DNA of 64,000 bases from assembly GCA_041741455.1 (NCBI GenBank), contig JBGSJZ010000099.1, positions 64,870 to 128,869 on the forward strand, in the 5' to 3' direction. The notes under the pieces are model-generated. The model ran no database searches. It saw nothing but the letters and a program-made list of their open reading frames with translations, and was not told where the DNA came from. Below are positions 29,232-37,944 of this stretch, one piece after another. Source of the stretch: Anaerolineaceae bacterium. GTDB taxonomy: Bacteria > Chloroflexota > Anaerolineae > Anaerolineales > Anaerolineaceae. Position numbers and translations under genes: made by a program. The first letter of the stretch is position 1; every line of letters begins with the position of its first letter.

Positions 29232-30353
29232 TCAAGGTCGTGGAGTTGCAACAGGAACTTCGGTTGGAAATGCAATTTCATCTTTTCGTGGTTCTAAACC
29301 ATAAGGTAGTTTAGCTGGTAATGGGATGCGATATTGTTCCATGATGAATTGGAGGGTAACCGCTTCTGTTTGAATACGAACGTTGTTATCTGCTGGTGAA
29401 CGCATAACCAAATTGAGCTGAGCACCTGCCAGCACGAGGTAGTTTAATGTGATGGCATCTTGCGGTGAAACCATTATGCTGATTTGATTTGGATCAACCG
29501 GAACGGTAGGGGTAGGTGTGGGCTCACCTTGGGGGATTGGTGTTGGTGTGGTTTGGGCTGTAGGATTTGACTGATCTGTCAGGGGGTACTTTCCCACAAG
29601 AAGTACAATGGCATCTTGAATTAACGTCTGGCTGACAAGCCGTGGCCGTTGTTTTTCAGACGGAACAACATAGAACCCAAAGTCGAAACCTTCTTCAACT
29701 TCAACGCGTCCCAGAGTTACATTGCCCTCACCAGAACTGAGTTCCATGGTGGCGGGAAATCTGTCGTAACAAGTTGTTCCTGCACAAACAGGGCCTGGCA
29801 TCAAGACAGGCACAGAGACATTTGGAAGGCTAGATTGCCATTCAGAATCCAGATCGACCAACAATAAGGATGCAATCACATTGACATGATCTCCTGGACG
29901 TAATGCCAAGGAAACTGATGAGAGGGCTGAGATCGGAATTGATATGGCTACATATCCGGCTGGAATTTGTGAGCCAAGATATGAGCCAGGATCTTGATCA
30001 GAAAGAAGCCCAGGAGTTAATGGAAGGCCAGGCTGTAAAGGGTATCTGGCTCGTTTATTAACAACGTCCTCAATCTTGGTGAAGAAAAGACCTTCTGTAA
30101 AGGATGTTTTTGGCATCGGTTGAAGACTAACCAGATCTGGTGTGATTTGTTCACCAAGTGCCATGGCTTGTTCAAGGACAACGATATCCACTGTTTCAAC
30201 CGGGGGAGCTGTAGGAACAGATACCGTTTGCTGTGGCAAAAAAACGTTGAAGAGTTGATCCTTGAAAAGAAATGCAGCCGCAGCGAGGATGACAATCAAT
30301 ATGATCGCAAGAAAAATCAAGAGAGAACCTACTTTGCGTTTACCGGCAGCCAT
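29232..30353 (-). CDS. cpaB: CpaB/RcpC-like Flp pilus assembly protein with Pro/Thr-rich C-terminal extension
   Basis: N-terminal TM anchor and a SAF/CpaB-like domain. First gene of the Tad operon. Confidence 0.65.
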   Translation of the reverse strand: MAAGKRKVGSLLIFLAIILIVILAAAAFLFKDQLFNVFLPQQTVSVPTAPPVETVDIVVLEQAMALGEQITPDLVSLQPMPKTSFTEGLFFTKIEDVVNKRARYPLQPGLPLTPGLLSDQDPGSYLGSQIPAGYVAISIPISALSSVSLALRPGDHVNVIASLLLVDLDSEWQSSLPNVSVPVLMPGPVCAGTTCYDRFPATMELSSGEGNVTLGRVEVEEGFDFGFYVVPSEKQRPRLVSQTLIQDAIVLLVGKYPLTDQSNPTAQTTPTPIPQGEPTPTPTVPVDPNQISIMVSPQDAITLNYLVLAGAQLNLVMRSPADNNVRIQTEAVTLQFIMEQYRIPLPAKLPYGLEPRKDEIAFPTEVPVATPRP

Positions 30354-30480
30354 GCGTGCCTCCTTATTTATGAACTTTGAAATCCAAACTTCTGTTGTGC
30401 TTGAATAATATTATACGATCAACATACAGTATCTTACCTTTCCCAGGTTGATAGATTTGTAAGGTGGCTGTTCATATAAC

Positions 30481-30496
30481 TTAACAAGGACTTAAC
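30481..30496. promoter_or_regulatory. Direct repeat TTAAC-N6-TTAAC (fits TTAA-N7-TTAAC) in AT-rich divergent intergenic region
   Basis: ttaacaaggacttaac about 130 bp upstream of the cpaB start. Candidate regulator-binding site. A chance occurrence in AT-rich DNA is possible. Confidence 0.2.
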
Positions 30497-30865
30497 AACC
30501 CAAGGATTTGATGATTTACCTAATTCTCCCAGAAAAATTCCATGCAATTCCTAAATTTCCAAAAAAATCAAAGGCTTACAAAAATAAATTCAAAACTTTT
30601 CAGTATAGACATATTTACCCAAGCACTAGGATGGCGTCCTGCTGAGCCTCATAGGGGCGATCCATCTCTGAGTAATCAGGAGACGCTTCGCTGATATTCT
30701 AGAGAACAAACTCTCAAAATGTAAGCAGGGAACGGATTATAGTTTCCATGCATTAACCACATAAAATATATGGTGAATCGGTTGTGAAGGCTGATAATTT
30801 TGCTATAATAGGTTTAGTTGTGTGTATTAAACCTATGTTAAAAACGCATATTACAGGAGGCGTCG

Positions 30866-31414
30866 ATGAGTGATTTATTTGACCGTGTAACAGGTGAAAT
30901 GGATGGGCTGAGCAAGTTGCTCAGCAAGATTCCGGGCTTCAAGGGTTACATGGAGCGAAAGAACCGGCGGCAGGCTGATAAATTGCTGCGGGAGACAATT
31001 GCCAACCGCTTTGAAGAGATTTGGAAGCGCATTTCCGGATTACAGCGCGACCTTATTAGCGAGGGCGGGATTGAGCATATCGATAAGCTGGAGGCCGCAG
31101 CCATTAAACTGCGCCAGTTTATTGATCGAATCCGTACGGCTGCATATGGTTACGCAGGTTTCTTCGCTGCTGTCAAAATTCGTGAGGAAGAATTGGCCAA
31201 ATTATATGAATTTGATCTGGTGCTATTGGAGCTGTCTGAAGAAGTTAACCGGGCTGTAGATAATGTAGAAGCTTCTTTCGGAACCGATGGCCTTCCAGCA
31301 GCAATTCGAAATTTGACCAAAGTAGCAAACACATGCGTGGAAACCTTCAACCGCCGCAGCGAAGTCTTGCAAATGGGCGACACTGGGGAAGAGGCCAGCT
31401 CGTCTGGCGGGTAA
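30866..31414 (+). CDS. Hypothetical all-helical protein (coiled-coil-like), first gene of SPFH operon
   Basis: 182 aa. AGGAGG RBS 7 nt upstream. No recognisable motif. 48-bp gap to the SPFH gene. Confidence 0.5.
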   Translation: MSDLFDRVTGEMDGLSKLLSKIPGFKGYMERKNRRQADKLLRETIANRFEEIWKRISGLQRDLISEGGIEHIDKLEAAAIKLRQFIDRIRTAAYGYAGFFAAVKIREEELAKLYEFDLVLLELSEEVNRAVDNVEASFGTDGLPAAIRNLTKVANTCVETFNRRSEVLQMGDTGEEASSSGG

Positions 31415-31462
31415 AGTAAGTTTTCTATTTCACCTATCTACAAATTTTGATGGAGAGCTGAT

Positions 31463-32539
31463 ATGGCAAGAATTTTTGATGTAGTGGAATATCCGAGTGA
31501 GATGACGGATGAAATCGTCCACCGCTTCCCAGAAGTGGGTGTGGCGGACTTACGGATGGGCTCCCAGGTGATCGTGCGCGAAGCTCAACGGGCAGTCTTT
31601 TTCAAAGATGGTCATGCGCTGGATAATTTTGGCCCTGGCCGACATACTATCACCACAGCTAACATTCCCTTATTGGTTGACTTGATCGGAAAAGCCTTCA
31701 ACGATCGCACTCCGTTCACTGCTGAAGTCTATTATGTGTCGATGAAGGAATTCGCAGACCGCAAGTGGGGTACCCCTCAACCAATCATCATCAGTAACCC
31801 GGGCATGGGATTGGGTGTGGCTCTGCTGCAAGGCTTTGGCTCCTATTCCTTTGCAGTGGCAGATGCACAACAGTTTGTCACTCAAATTGTGGGTGCGCAG
31901 GGCGCTTACCGCTCAGCCGAAATTGAAAATCGTTTACGGATGATGTTGCTTTCCAAATTGCAGGATTTGCTTTCAGAGACAGCAGCCAAACACAGTGTTG
32001 TGCAATTGCTGGCATTGACTGAAGAACTGGGCGCCGGTGTGCGCGCCAAGGCGCAGGATGATTTTGCGGCGATCGGTTTGGTTTTGAAGAGCTTCTACAT
32101 CGGCAACCTGAAACCATCGGATAAGTCGGCGGAAGAATTACGAGCGATGGGTATGTTGGATATGCAGACCTACACCCAACTGCAGGCAGCGGACGCCCTG
32201 CGCGAAGCTGCACAGAACCCAAGCGGTGGTGCTGGGTTGACGGCTGGAATCGGGGCTGGAATGGGCATAGGTAATGTGCTTTCCTCAACATTGAGCGGTA
32301 TGACCGGCAACCAGGCTCAAACTCCCGCTAACCAGGCCGGTGCTGTGGCAGGTGGTGCAGCCGCAGGTGCGGCTGCTGGAACACCGGCAGTCATGACCCC
32401 GGTAGAAGCCGCAGCCATCTTGAAGGTTTCGGAAGAGGACGTGATGGCAGCCATTCAAGCTGGAGATCTCAAAGCCCGCAAGATTGGAAATGCCTACCGC
32501 ATCAGCAAGGAAGCCCTGGAAGAATTCTTGAAAGGCTAA
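31463..32539 (+). CDS. SPFH/Band-7 family protein (COG4260, YdjI-like) with Gly/Ala-rich linker and C-terminal excisionase-type helix-turn-helix
   Basis: N-terminus MARIFDVVEYPSEMTDEIVHRFPEVGVADLRMGSQVIVREAQRAVFFKDG matches the COG4260/Band_7_1 family consensus. C-terminus TPVEAAAILKVSEEDVMAAIQAGDLKARKIGNAYRISKEALEEFL matches the excisionase/HTH_17 DNA-binding domain. Confidence 0.7.
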   Translation: MARIFDVVEYPSEMTDEIVHRFPEVGVADLRMGSQVIVREAQRAVFFKDGHALDNFGPGRHTITTANIPLLVDLIGKAFNDRTPFTAEVYYVSMKEFADRKWGTPQPIIISNPGMGLGVALLQGFGSYSFAVADAQQFVTQIVGAQGAYRSAEIENRLRMMLLSKLQDLLSETAAKHSVVQLLALTEELGAGVRAKAQDDFAAIGLVLKSFYIGNLKPSDKSAEELRAMGMLDMQTYTQLQAADALREAAQNPSGGAGLTAGIGAGMGIGNVLSSTLSGMTGNQAQTPANQAGAVAGGAAAGAAAGTPAVMTPVEAAAILKVSEEDVMAAIQAGDLKARKIGNAYRISKEALEEFLKG

Positions 32540-32660
32540 CCTACAATAGGATGGTTGGAAATATTTACAACAGCCTGGTTCATGAAACTGGGCTGTTTTT
32601 TTGCCCATGTTATAATTACTTGGCATTTGCCGCTAATTCAGACCATTATGGGGTTGCTGG

Positions 32661-33803
32661 ATGAAACTTCACGAGTATCAATCAAAAGGTTTATTTGCCA
32701 GAAATGGAATTCCGGTTCCATTTGGACGAGTTGTATCCACTGCGAGTGAAGCAAAACAAATAACAGAAGACCTGGGCGGTCGATCTGTGATTAAAGCCCA
32801 GGTTCTGGTGGGGGGCAGAGGAAAGGCAGGTGGGATTCGACTGGCAAAGAGTCCAAAAGAAGCAGAAGAATTGGCCACTATCGTGTTGGGTATGGAAATC
32901 AAAGGTATGCCCGTTCGACGGGTGCTTGTGGATGAGATGATAAATTTTTCTCAGGAAATATACCTGGCGATAGCCAACGACCGTACAGCCCGTCAACCGG
33001 TCATCATCGCTTCTTCTGCAGGCGGTGTGGATATTGAAGAAACTGCGGTCAAGCATCCCGAAAAAATATTTAAGATTATGATCAATCCCTTATTGGGTTT
33101 ACGTGATTACCAGGTTCGGGATATTGCGGCTGGAATTGAGTTGAAACGCAGCCTTTGGCGAGCTTTTGGTGAGGTCGCCAGTAATTTATGGAAAGTGTTT
33201 TGTGCAACAGACGCCACACTGGCTGAAATCAACCCTTTGGTGGTTACTTCTGAAGGAAAGCTGGTGGCTCTGGATGGAAAAATGGTGTTGGATGATAATG
33301 CCTTATTCCGTCACCCAGAGCTGGCGGAAATTCGGGACCTGGATATTGAAGCCCATGCTGAAACCGAGGCTCGAAAGTATGGGTTGACCTATATCAAATT
33401 AGATGGACAAATTGGGTGTATGGTCAACGGGGCTGGATTGGCAATGGCAACCACCGATATCATCAAGCTGTATGGGGGGGAGCCAGCCAATTTCTTGGAT
33501 ATTGGGGGAGGAGCAGGAGCAGAAAAAGTGGCTGCTGCTTTCCGCATCATATTACAGGACCCGAATGTGAAAGGTGTGTTGATCAATATATTCGGCGGGA
33601 TTACCCGCTGTGATGAAGTTGCCCGAGGTATCTTGACTGCAATGGCAGAAGTCAAACCACAGGTGCCTATGGTGGTTCGCCTGGTTGGTACGAATGCAGA
33701 AGAAGGTTTGAAGTTGCTGGCTGATGCACAGATGTCGACTGCCGAATCTCTGGTGGATGCAGCCGAAAAAATAGTGTATCTGGTGAGGGGAGGTCAGCCA
33801 TGA
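32661..33803 (+). CDS. sucC: Succinyl-CoA synthetase beta subunit
   Basis: 380 aa. [21 protein letters not shown]-terminus with ATP-grasp and CoA-ligase domains. Confidence 0.95.
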   Translation: MKLHEYQSKGLFARNGIPVPFGRVVSTASEAKQITEDLGGRSVIKAQVLVGGRGKAGGIRLAKSPKEAEELATIVLGMEIKGMPVRRVLVDEMINFSQEIYLAIANDRTARQPVIIASSAGGVDIEETAVKHPEKIFKIMINPLLGLRDYQVRDIAAGIELKRSLWRAFGEVASNLWKVFCATDATLAEINPLVVTSEGKLVALDGKMVLDDNALFRHPELAEIRDLDIEAHAETEARKYGLTYIKLDGQIGCMVNGAGLAMATTDIIKLYGGEPANFLDIGGGAGAEKVAAAFRIILQDPNVKGVLINIFGGITRCDEVARGILTAMAEVKPQVPMVVRLVGTNAEEGLKLLADAQMSTAESLVDAAEKIVYLVRGGQP

Positions 33804-34669
33804 GTATACTAATCAATAAATCCACCCGCCTGCTGGTGCAGGGCATCACCGGACATGAGGGTTTGTTTCATACCCGGCAAATGTTCAACTACGCTAATAA
33901 TATCGTTGTTGGAGGGGTGACCCCTGGCAGAGGTGGCGAATGGGTTTTGGATGGCAAGTTGCCTGTATTTGATTGTGTGCGGGTGGCTGCAGAATTGACC
34001 GGGGCCAACACCAGCGTCATCTTTGTGCCGGCAAAAGCGGCTGCAGATGCCATTTTTGAGGCAGCCGATAGTGGAATTTCGCTGATCATTTGTATTACGG
34101 AAGGTGTGCCGATTGCAGATATGATGCGGGTACAGGCTTACTTAATTAACATGGACGTGCGACTGATCGGGCCAAATTGTCCAGGGGTCTTAACACCAGC
34201 CGAGGCCAAGGCTGGCATTATCCCGGGCTCGATTGCCATTCCCGGAAATGTAGGTGTTGTATCTCGCAGTGGAACCCTGACGTATGAAGTCTTGTTTGCC
34301 TTAAAGCAATCAGGGATGGGGTGCAGCACCTGTGTTGGGATTGGGGGAGACCCGGTGAATGGGACTGGATTTCTGGATGTGCTCGAATTATTTGAAAATG
34401 ATCCCCATACAGACCAAGTTGTACTGATTGGTGAGATTGGCGGGAATGATGAGGAACGAGCTGCTGAATTCATTTCAACCCGTATGACAAAACCTGTGAT
34501 AAGTTTTATCGCTGGCCAAACAGCGCCACCTGGAAAACGTATGGGGCATGCCGGTGCGATTATTGAGGGCGGCTCCGGATCTGCGGCGGATAAGATCCGG
34601 AAACTGGAAGCTTCTGGAGTGAGAGTTGCTCACCATCCGGAGGAGATTCCGGGTTTGTTGAGGCGATGA
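33800..34669 (+). CDS. sucD: Succinyl-CoA synthetase alpha subunit
   Basis: 289 aa. [10 protein letters not shown] and GHAGAII (phosphohistidine) motifs. ATGA overlap with sucC. Confidence 0.95.
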   Translation: MSILINKSTRLLVQGITGHEGLFHTRQMFNYANNIVVGGVTPGRGGEWVLDGKLPVFDCVRVAAELTGANTSVIFVPAKAAADAIFEAADSGISLIICITEGVPIADMMRVQAYLINMDVRLIGPNCPGVLTPAEAKAGIIPGSIAIPGNVGVVSRSGTLTYEVLFALKQSGMGCSTCVGIGGDPVNGTGFLDVLELFENDPHTDQVVLIGEIGGNDEERAAEFISTRMTKPVISFIAGQTAPPGKRMGHAGAIIEGGSGSAADKIRKLEASGVRVAHHPEEIPGLLRR

Positions 34670-34679
34670 ATAACAAAAG

Positions 34680-34700
34680 AACCGGGCTAGAAGCCCGGTT
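34680..34700. terminator. Bidirectional terminator between sucD and the ACP-like gene
   Basis: aaaagAACCGGGC-tagaa-GCCCGGTTttgattt, perfect 8-bp stem. Confidence 0.55.
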
Positions 34701-34721
34701 TTGATTTAACTGAAGATACAA

Positions 34722-34961
34722 TTACTTGACCTGGTCGATCAAGCGAACTGCATCACCCACAGTCTTGATACCACGGGCATTTTCGTCAGATATGGTCAGA
34801 TTAAATTTCTCGCTGAATCCGTCTATAAGAAAGAATTGATCCATTGAATCGGCCTTGAGATCCTCAATAAAGCGAGATTCAAGTGTCACAGCTGCCAGAT
34901 CTTCTTCCTTGAGTTTCATGACATCTGCAATAACAGCTTTCACAGCTTCAAAAGTATCCAT
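34722..34961 (-). CDS. Acyl carrier protein-like protein
   Basis: 79 aa. DLKADSMDQFFLIDGFSEKF corresponds to the ACP DSL(M) phosphopantetheine attachment motif on helix II. ATG at 34961 with AAGGAGG RBS. Confidence 0.65.
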   Translation of the reverse strand: MDTFEAVKAVIADVMKLKEEDLAAVTLESRFIEDLKADSMDQFFLIDGFSEKFNLTISDENARGIKTVGDAVRLIDQVK

Positions 34962-35021
34962 GAACAACCTCCTTTAATTCCTACTGATGATATACGAATT
35001 TTAACTTTCCTGATGATATTG

Positions 35022-36179
35022 TCAAGAGAAAGCTTCGATCAATTCCCAAGGCGGAGTACCTGTGCTGCCTTTACCTGAGAGTGAGTTCAGAATTTCCGCC
35101 CGGTATTCAGGTAGTAATTCTGCCACCCCGGCCAACAAACCGAAACAACCAGTGATCATCATATCACCAAAGGGGGCAGAAAAATATGGTCGTAAGGTAG
35201 AGCCTGCCAACAAGTTACGCCGGGGACCTGTCACCACAACGTTGAAATCAGAACGATCCAGGGGGAATGGTTGGTTGGAATACACAAGTGCGCCATGCCC
35301 GTGATTATTAAACACATCTGCGTGGGATAAGTTACCATTTGCCAGAGAAATCAATAAACTTTCCAGGCTGGTCTGATTCAATAATCCTGTATGGTGTTCG
35401 AAAACGCCTTCGATACCCTCTAACCCCAGCCGGAAGGCCAGGGTGTGGAAGTTGCCAATATTGGCGATCATTTTTCGCGGCAGGTTTTGCACCTGCGGAT
35501 CGAATGTAGCCCCCAGGATGGCAGCCGGGGCAGTGTCCATTACAATCAAAGGGCAAGAAAGTGAGGCGGCAGAATCTGCTACGGCCTGAAGGCGGGTCAG
35601 GCTGGGTGGAATTTCCGCTGCAAGGTGAGCAAACGCGCCTAACCGGTTGTACTGCCGGATTTGCTGATCAAGGTAATCAAAACGAAATTGTCGGTCAGAA
35701 ACATCTAACGGGGCCGCACCATGGTCAAACACCGCTATCGCTACAGCATTCAGGTCATCCAGATGTACTCCGAACTCTTGAAAGGTTCGCTGAATGGCGG
35801 GAAAATTGAAATCTCCCAATTCTATGGTGCAGATTTCTGACGGTAGGCTGGCTGTTTCATCCTCGCTGATAACCTGAATACCCATTTGCTGGACAAGCAT
35901 AAGATCATCATTGAAGGAAAGTGCAGCTGAAGGGGTGGCAAAAACCGGGATTCCTGCCTGCAGGTGGGCTTCAGTTCCCCAGGCGCTGGGTCCGCCTCCC
36001 ATTAAACGGCCTGTCAGCAGAACCGGTTGCCGACGAGCTGTTGCCTGCTGCAAGCGGCGATAAATAATCATGGTTGGGGAGGGCAAGACCAATTTAAAAC
36101 CATTCTCAAGATCCTGGCGCGAATCATACAGATAGATGTCCTGGGTCCCTGTGCCAATATCAACGGTCAGGATTTTCAA
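35022..36179 (-). CDS. ASKHA-fold (actin/sugar-kinase-like) protein of unknown function, DUF1786-like
   Basis: 385 aa. N-terminus MKILTVDIGTGTQDIYLYD resembles the phosphate-1 motif of acetate/butyrate-kinase-like ATPases. Lies immediately upstream of the ACP-like gene on the same strand. Confidence 0.45.
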   Translation of the reverse strand: MKILTVDIGTGTQDIYLYDSRQDLENGFKLVLPSPTMIIYRRLQQATARRQPVLLTGRLMGGGPSAWGTEAHLQAGIPVFATPSAALSFNDDLMLVQQMGIQVISEDETASLPSEICTIELGDFNFPAIQRTFQEFGVHLDDLNAVAIAVFDHGAAPLDVSDRQFRFDYLDQQIRQYNRLGAFAHLAAEIPPSLTRLQAVADSAASLSCPLIVMDTAPAAILGATFDPQVQNLPRKMIANIGNFHTLAFRLGLEGIEGVFEHHTGLLNQTSLESLLISLANGNLSHADVFNNHGHGALVYSNQPFPLDRSDFNVVVTGPRRNLLAGSTLRPYFSAPFGDMMITGCFGLLAGVAELLPEYRAEILNSLSGKGSTGTPPWELIEAFS

Positions 36180-36183
36180 AGCG

Positions 36184-36540
36184 TTATTCTTCCCTACGAT
36201 TCAAGCCATACACCTGGGAGACCGGAAGGACAGACATAATCCCGGTATTTGGCAGGTCCAGATCACCGACCACATTTTCTGTGGCGGCCAGGATTGCGTC
36301 GACCATTTGCTGATCTTTGACCAAGGTTAGCAAGGTGCGGCTAAGATTTAGCATATGCTCCATGATGTCATCCATGCTAGGGATGAGAGGCAAATCATCC
36401 CGTAGAGCGGATTTTGTTTTGTGACGCCGAAGACCTGTGCTGGGGAAAATCGTCACCCCCCCAACCCCGATATCTTCCCAGGCCGTCAAGACTTCATCAA
36501 GCTTTTCTGGATCATGCAGGACGAACAAAATCATAAACAT
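36184..36540 (-). CDS. P-II-like (GlnB-fold) small protein
   Basis: Internal start MFMILFVLHDPEKLDEVLTAWEDIGVGGVTIFPSTGL matches the P-II/DUF190 beta-alpha-beta fold signature. Its ATG overlaps the antiporter TGA stop by 1 nt (TGATG). Confidence 0.5.
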   Translation of the reverse strand: MFMILFVLHDPEKLDEVLTAWEDIGVGGVTIFPSTGLRRHKTKSALRDDLPLIPSMDDIMEHMLNLSRTLLTLVKDQQMVDAILAATENVVGDLDLPNTGIMSVLPVSQVYGLNRREE

Positions 36541-37781
36541 CAGGCATTCTCCTTGTGTGACTCTAGAGTGGTTGGATTTGATTTGGTGGGTGAAGCAGGA
36601 GGTTTCGAACGGAAGGCTGAGCGAAGCATCAGTGGAGTGAGAAGCGTTGTAACCAGCACCATGGTTACAATAGCAGAAAATACTTCGTTGTTTAACCATC
36701 CGGCAGTCAGACCTACATTGGCCACAATCAGGCCAACTTCACCCCGAGAGACCATACCGATGCCTAATTGTAGAGATTCTCTGGGGGAGAACTTGGAAAG
36801 CAATGCACCGGCACCGGCGCCGACAATTTTTCCAAAGATGGAAATAGTTACAATTAGAAGGATCGACCAGATGGCTGAAAGCTGTAATTCTCGAAGATTG
36901 ATCGACAGACCAATGTTGATGAAGAAAATCGGGACAAAAAGACTGTAAGCGATTGCTCCCAGACCAGGTTCAATGTCCTTCTTCTCGGGGGTTCGGGAAA
37001 ACATGAGGCCAGCCAGGAATGAGCCGGTGATGGCGGCCATGCCACCAACCAACTCAGCAGCCAGGCCAAACACCAGGAGAATGATGATAGCAAATGTCAG
37101 TGGGCCATAGCTGATATCCAGCCTGGCGATGCGGCGGCTGAGCCAAGGAAGAACCCATACTCCGAAGGAACCAGAAAGTGCAAGGAAGAGGATAATCCTA
37201 CCAAAAACAAGAGCAATTTGGAGAAAGCCACCTACACCGGAAGCCAGGGCCAGAAAGATTGAAAGGAGAAGAATGACCAAAATATCATCAAAAACGGCCG
37301 CACCCAGCAAGCTGAGACCTACCCGGCTGCGCAGAACTTTCAACTCCATCAAAGTTTGGACCGAGATGCTTACGCTGGTAGCACCGAGGGTCAGACCGAG
37401 AAATGCAGATTGATCGAAGGTGAGGTTCAGAATTTCACCAGCCAGAAAACCAAGACCGACCGGCAGGATGACACCCAGGCTGCCTGCCAGGGCGGAGACG
37501 CGCTTATTCTTAGCCAAATCGGAAAAGTGGAGTTCCAGACCGGCTAAAAACATTAAAACGAGCACCCCCAATTCCGCAAACTCATGGATCACTTCTTTCA
37601 TCAGGTGGGCATCAATAAATGGCAGGTGGATCAAATCAAACAAGGAGGGACCAAGTAGCAAACCAACAATCAACTCGCCCAGAACAGAAGGTTGCCCCAG
37701 ACGGGTTGAGAGGTAGCCGCCTAGTTTTGCAGCCAATAAGAATAGTGCGATGAGAAACGCAAGTTGGAGAAAAGGTGTCAT
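36540..37781 (-). CDS. Cation:proton antiporter (CPA2/Kef-type, Na_H_Exchanger family) without KTN domain
   Basis: 413 aa with about 12 TM segments and typical CPA family helix-breaking motifs. Confidence 0.8.
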   Translation of the reverse strand: MTPFLQLAFLIALFLLAAKLGGYLSTRLGQPSVLGELIVGLLLGPSLFDLIHLPFIDAHLMKEVIHEFAELGVLVLMFLAGLELHFSDLAKNKRVSALAGSLGVILPVGLGFLAGEILNLTFDQSAFLGLTLGATSVSISVQTLMELKVLRSRVGLSLLGAAVFDDILVILLLSIFLALASGVGGFLQIALVFGRIILFLALSGSFGVWVLPWLSRRIARLDISYGPLTFAIIILLVFGLAAELVGGMAAITGSFLAGLMFSRTPEKKDIEPGLGAIAYSLFVPIFFINIGLSINLRELQLSAIWSILLIVTISIFGKIVGAGAGALLSKFSPRESLQLGIGMVSRGEVGLIVANVGLTAGWLNNEVFSAIVTMVLVTTLLTPLMLRSAFRSKPPASPTKSNPTTLESHKENA

Positions 37782-37944
37782 TGTGAGCGAACCAGATATT
37801 ATGAAATTTGTCTCAACTTAAGTGTATGTTTGTTCATTTAAAAAAACTAAAGGACAGGTTATACTAGATATGTTACCATAGCTGATGTTGGTCTATTGGA
37901 TTGGATATGGTAATATCAAAAAATTTAAGATTCCGAGGAAGTCC

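Noticed and set aside
30481-30496. Interpreting TTAA-N7-TTAAC as a bona fide CtrA box
   Set aside because: The CtrA regulon is alphaproteobacterial and this genome does not look alphaproteobacterial. In AT-rich DNA the pattern can arise by chance. It is kept only as a low-confidence regulatory repeat.
30510-30653. 47-codon Lys-rich ORF (MIYLILPEKFHAIPKFPKKSKAYKNKFKTFQYRHIYPSTRMASC) on plus strand
   Set aside because: Composition simply mirrors the AT-rich DNA. No RBS. Unlikely to be coding.
30354-30865. Search for a Flp/Fap pilin gene or small RNA in the AT-rich region upstream of the Tad operon
   Set aside because: All ATG-initiated ORFs on both strands are 25 aa or shorter, apart from one Lys-rich 47-codon frame that is low-complexity AT-rich and lacks an SD. 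None has the G-x-x-x-x-E-Y Flp signature. No convincing structured RNA is visible by eye.
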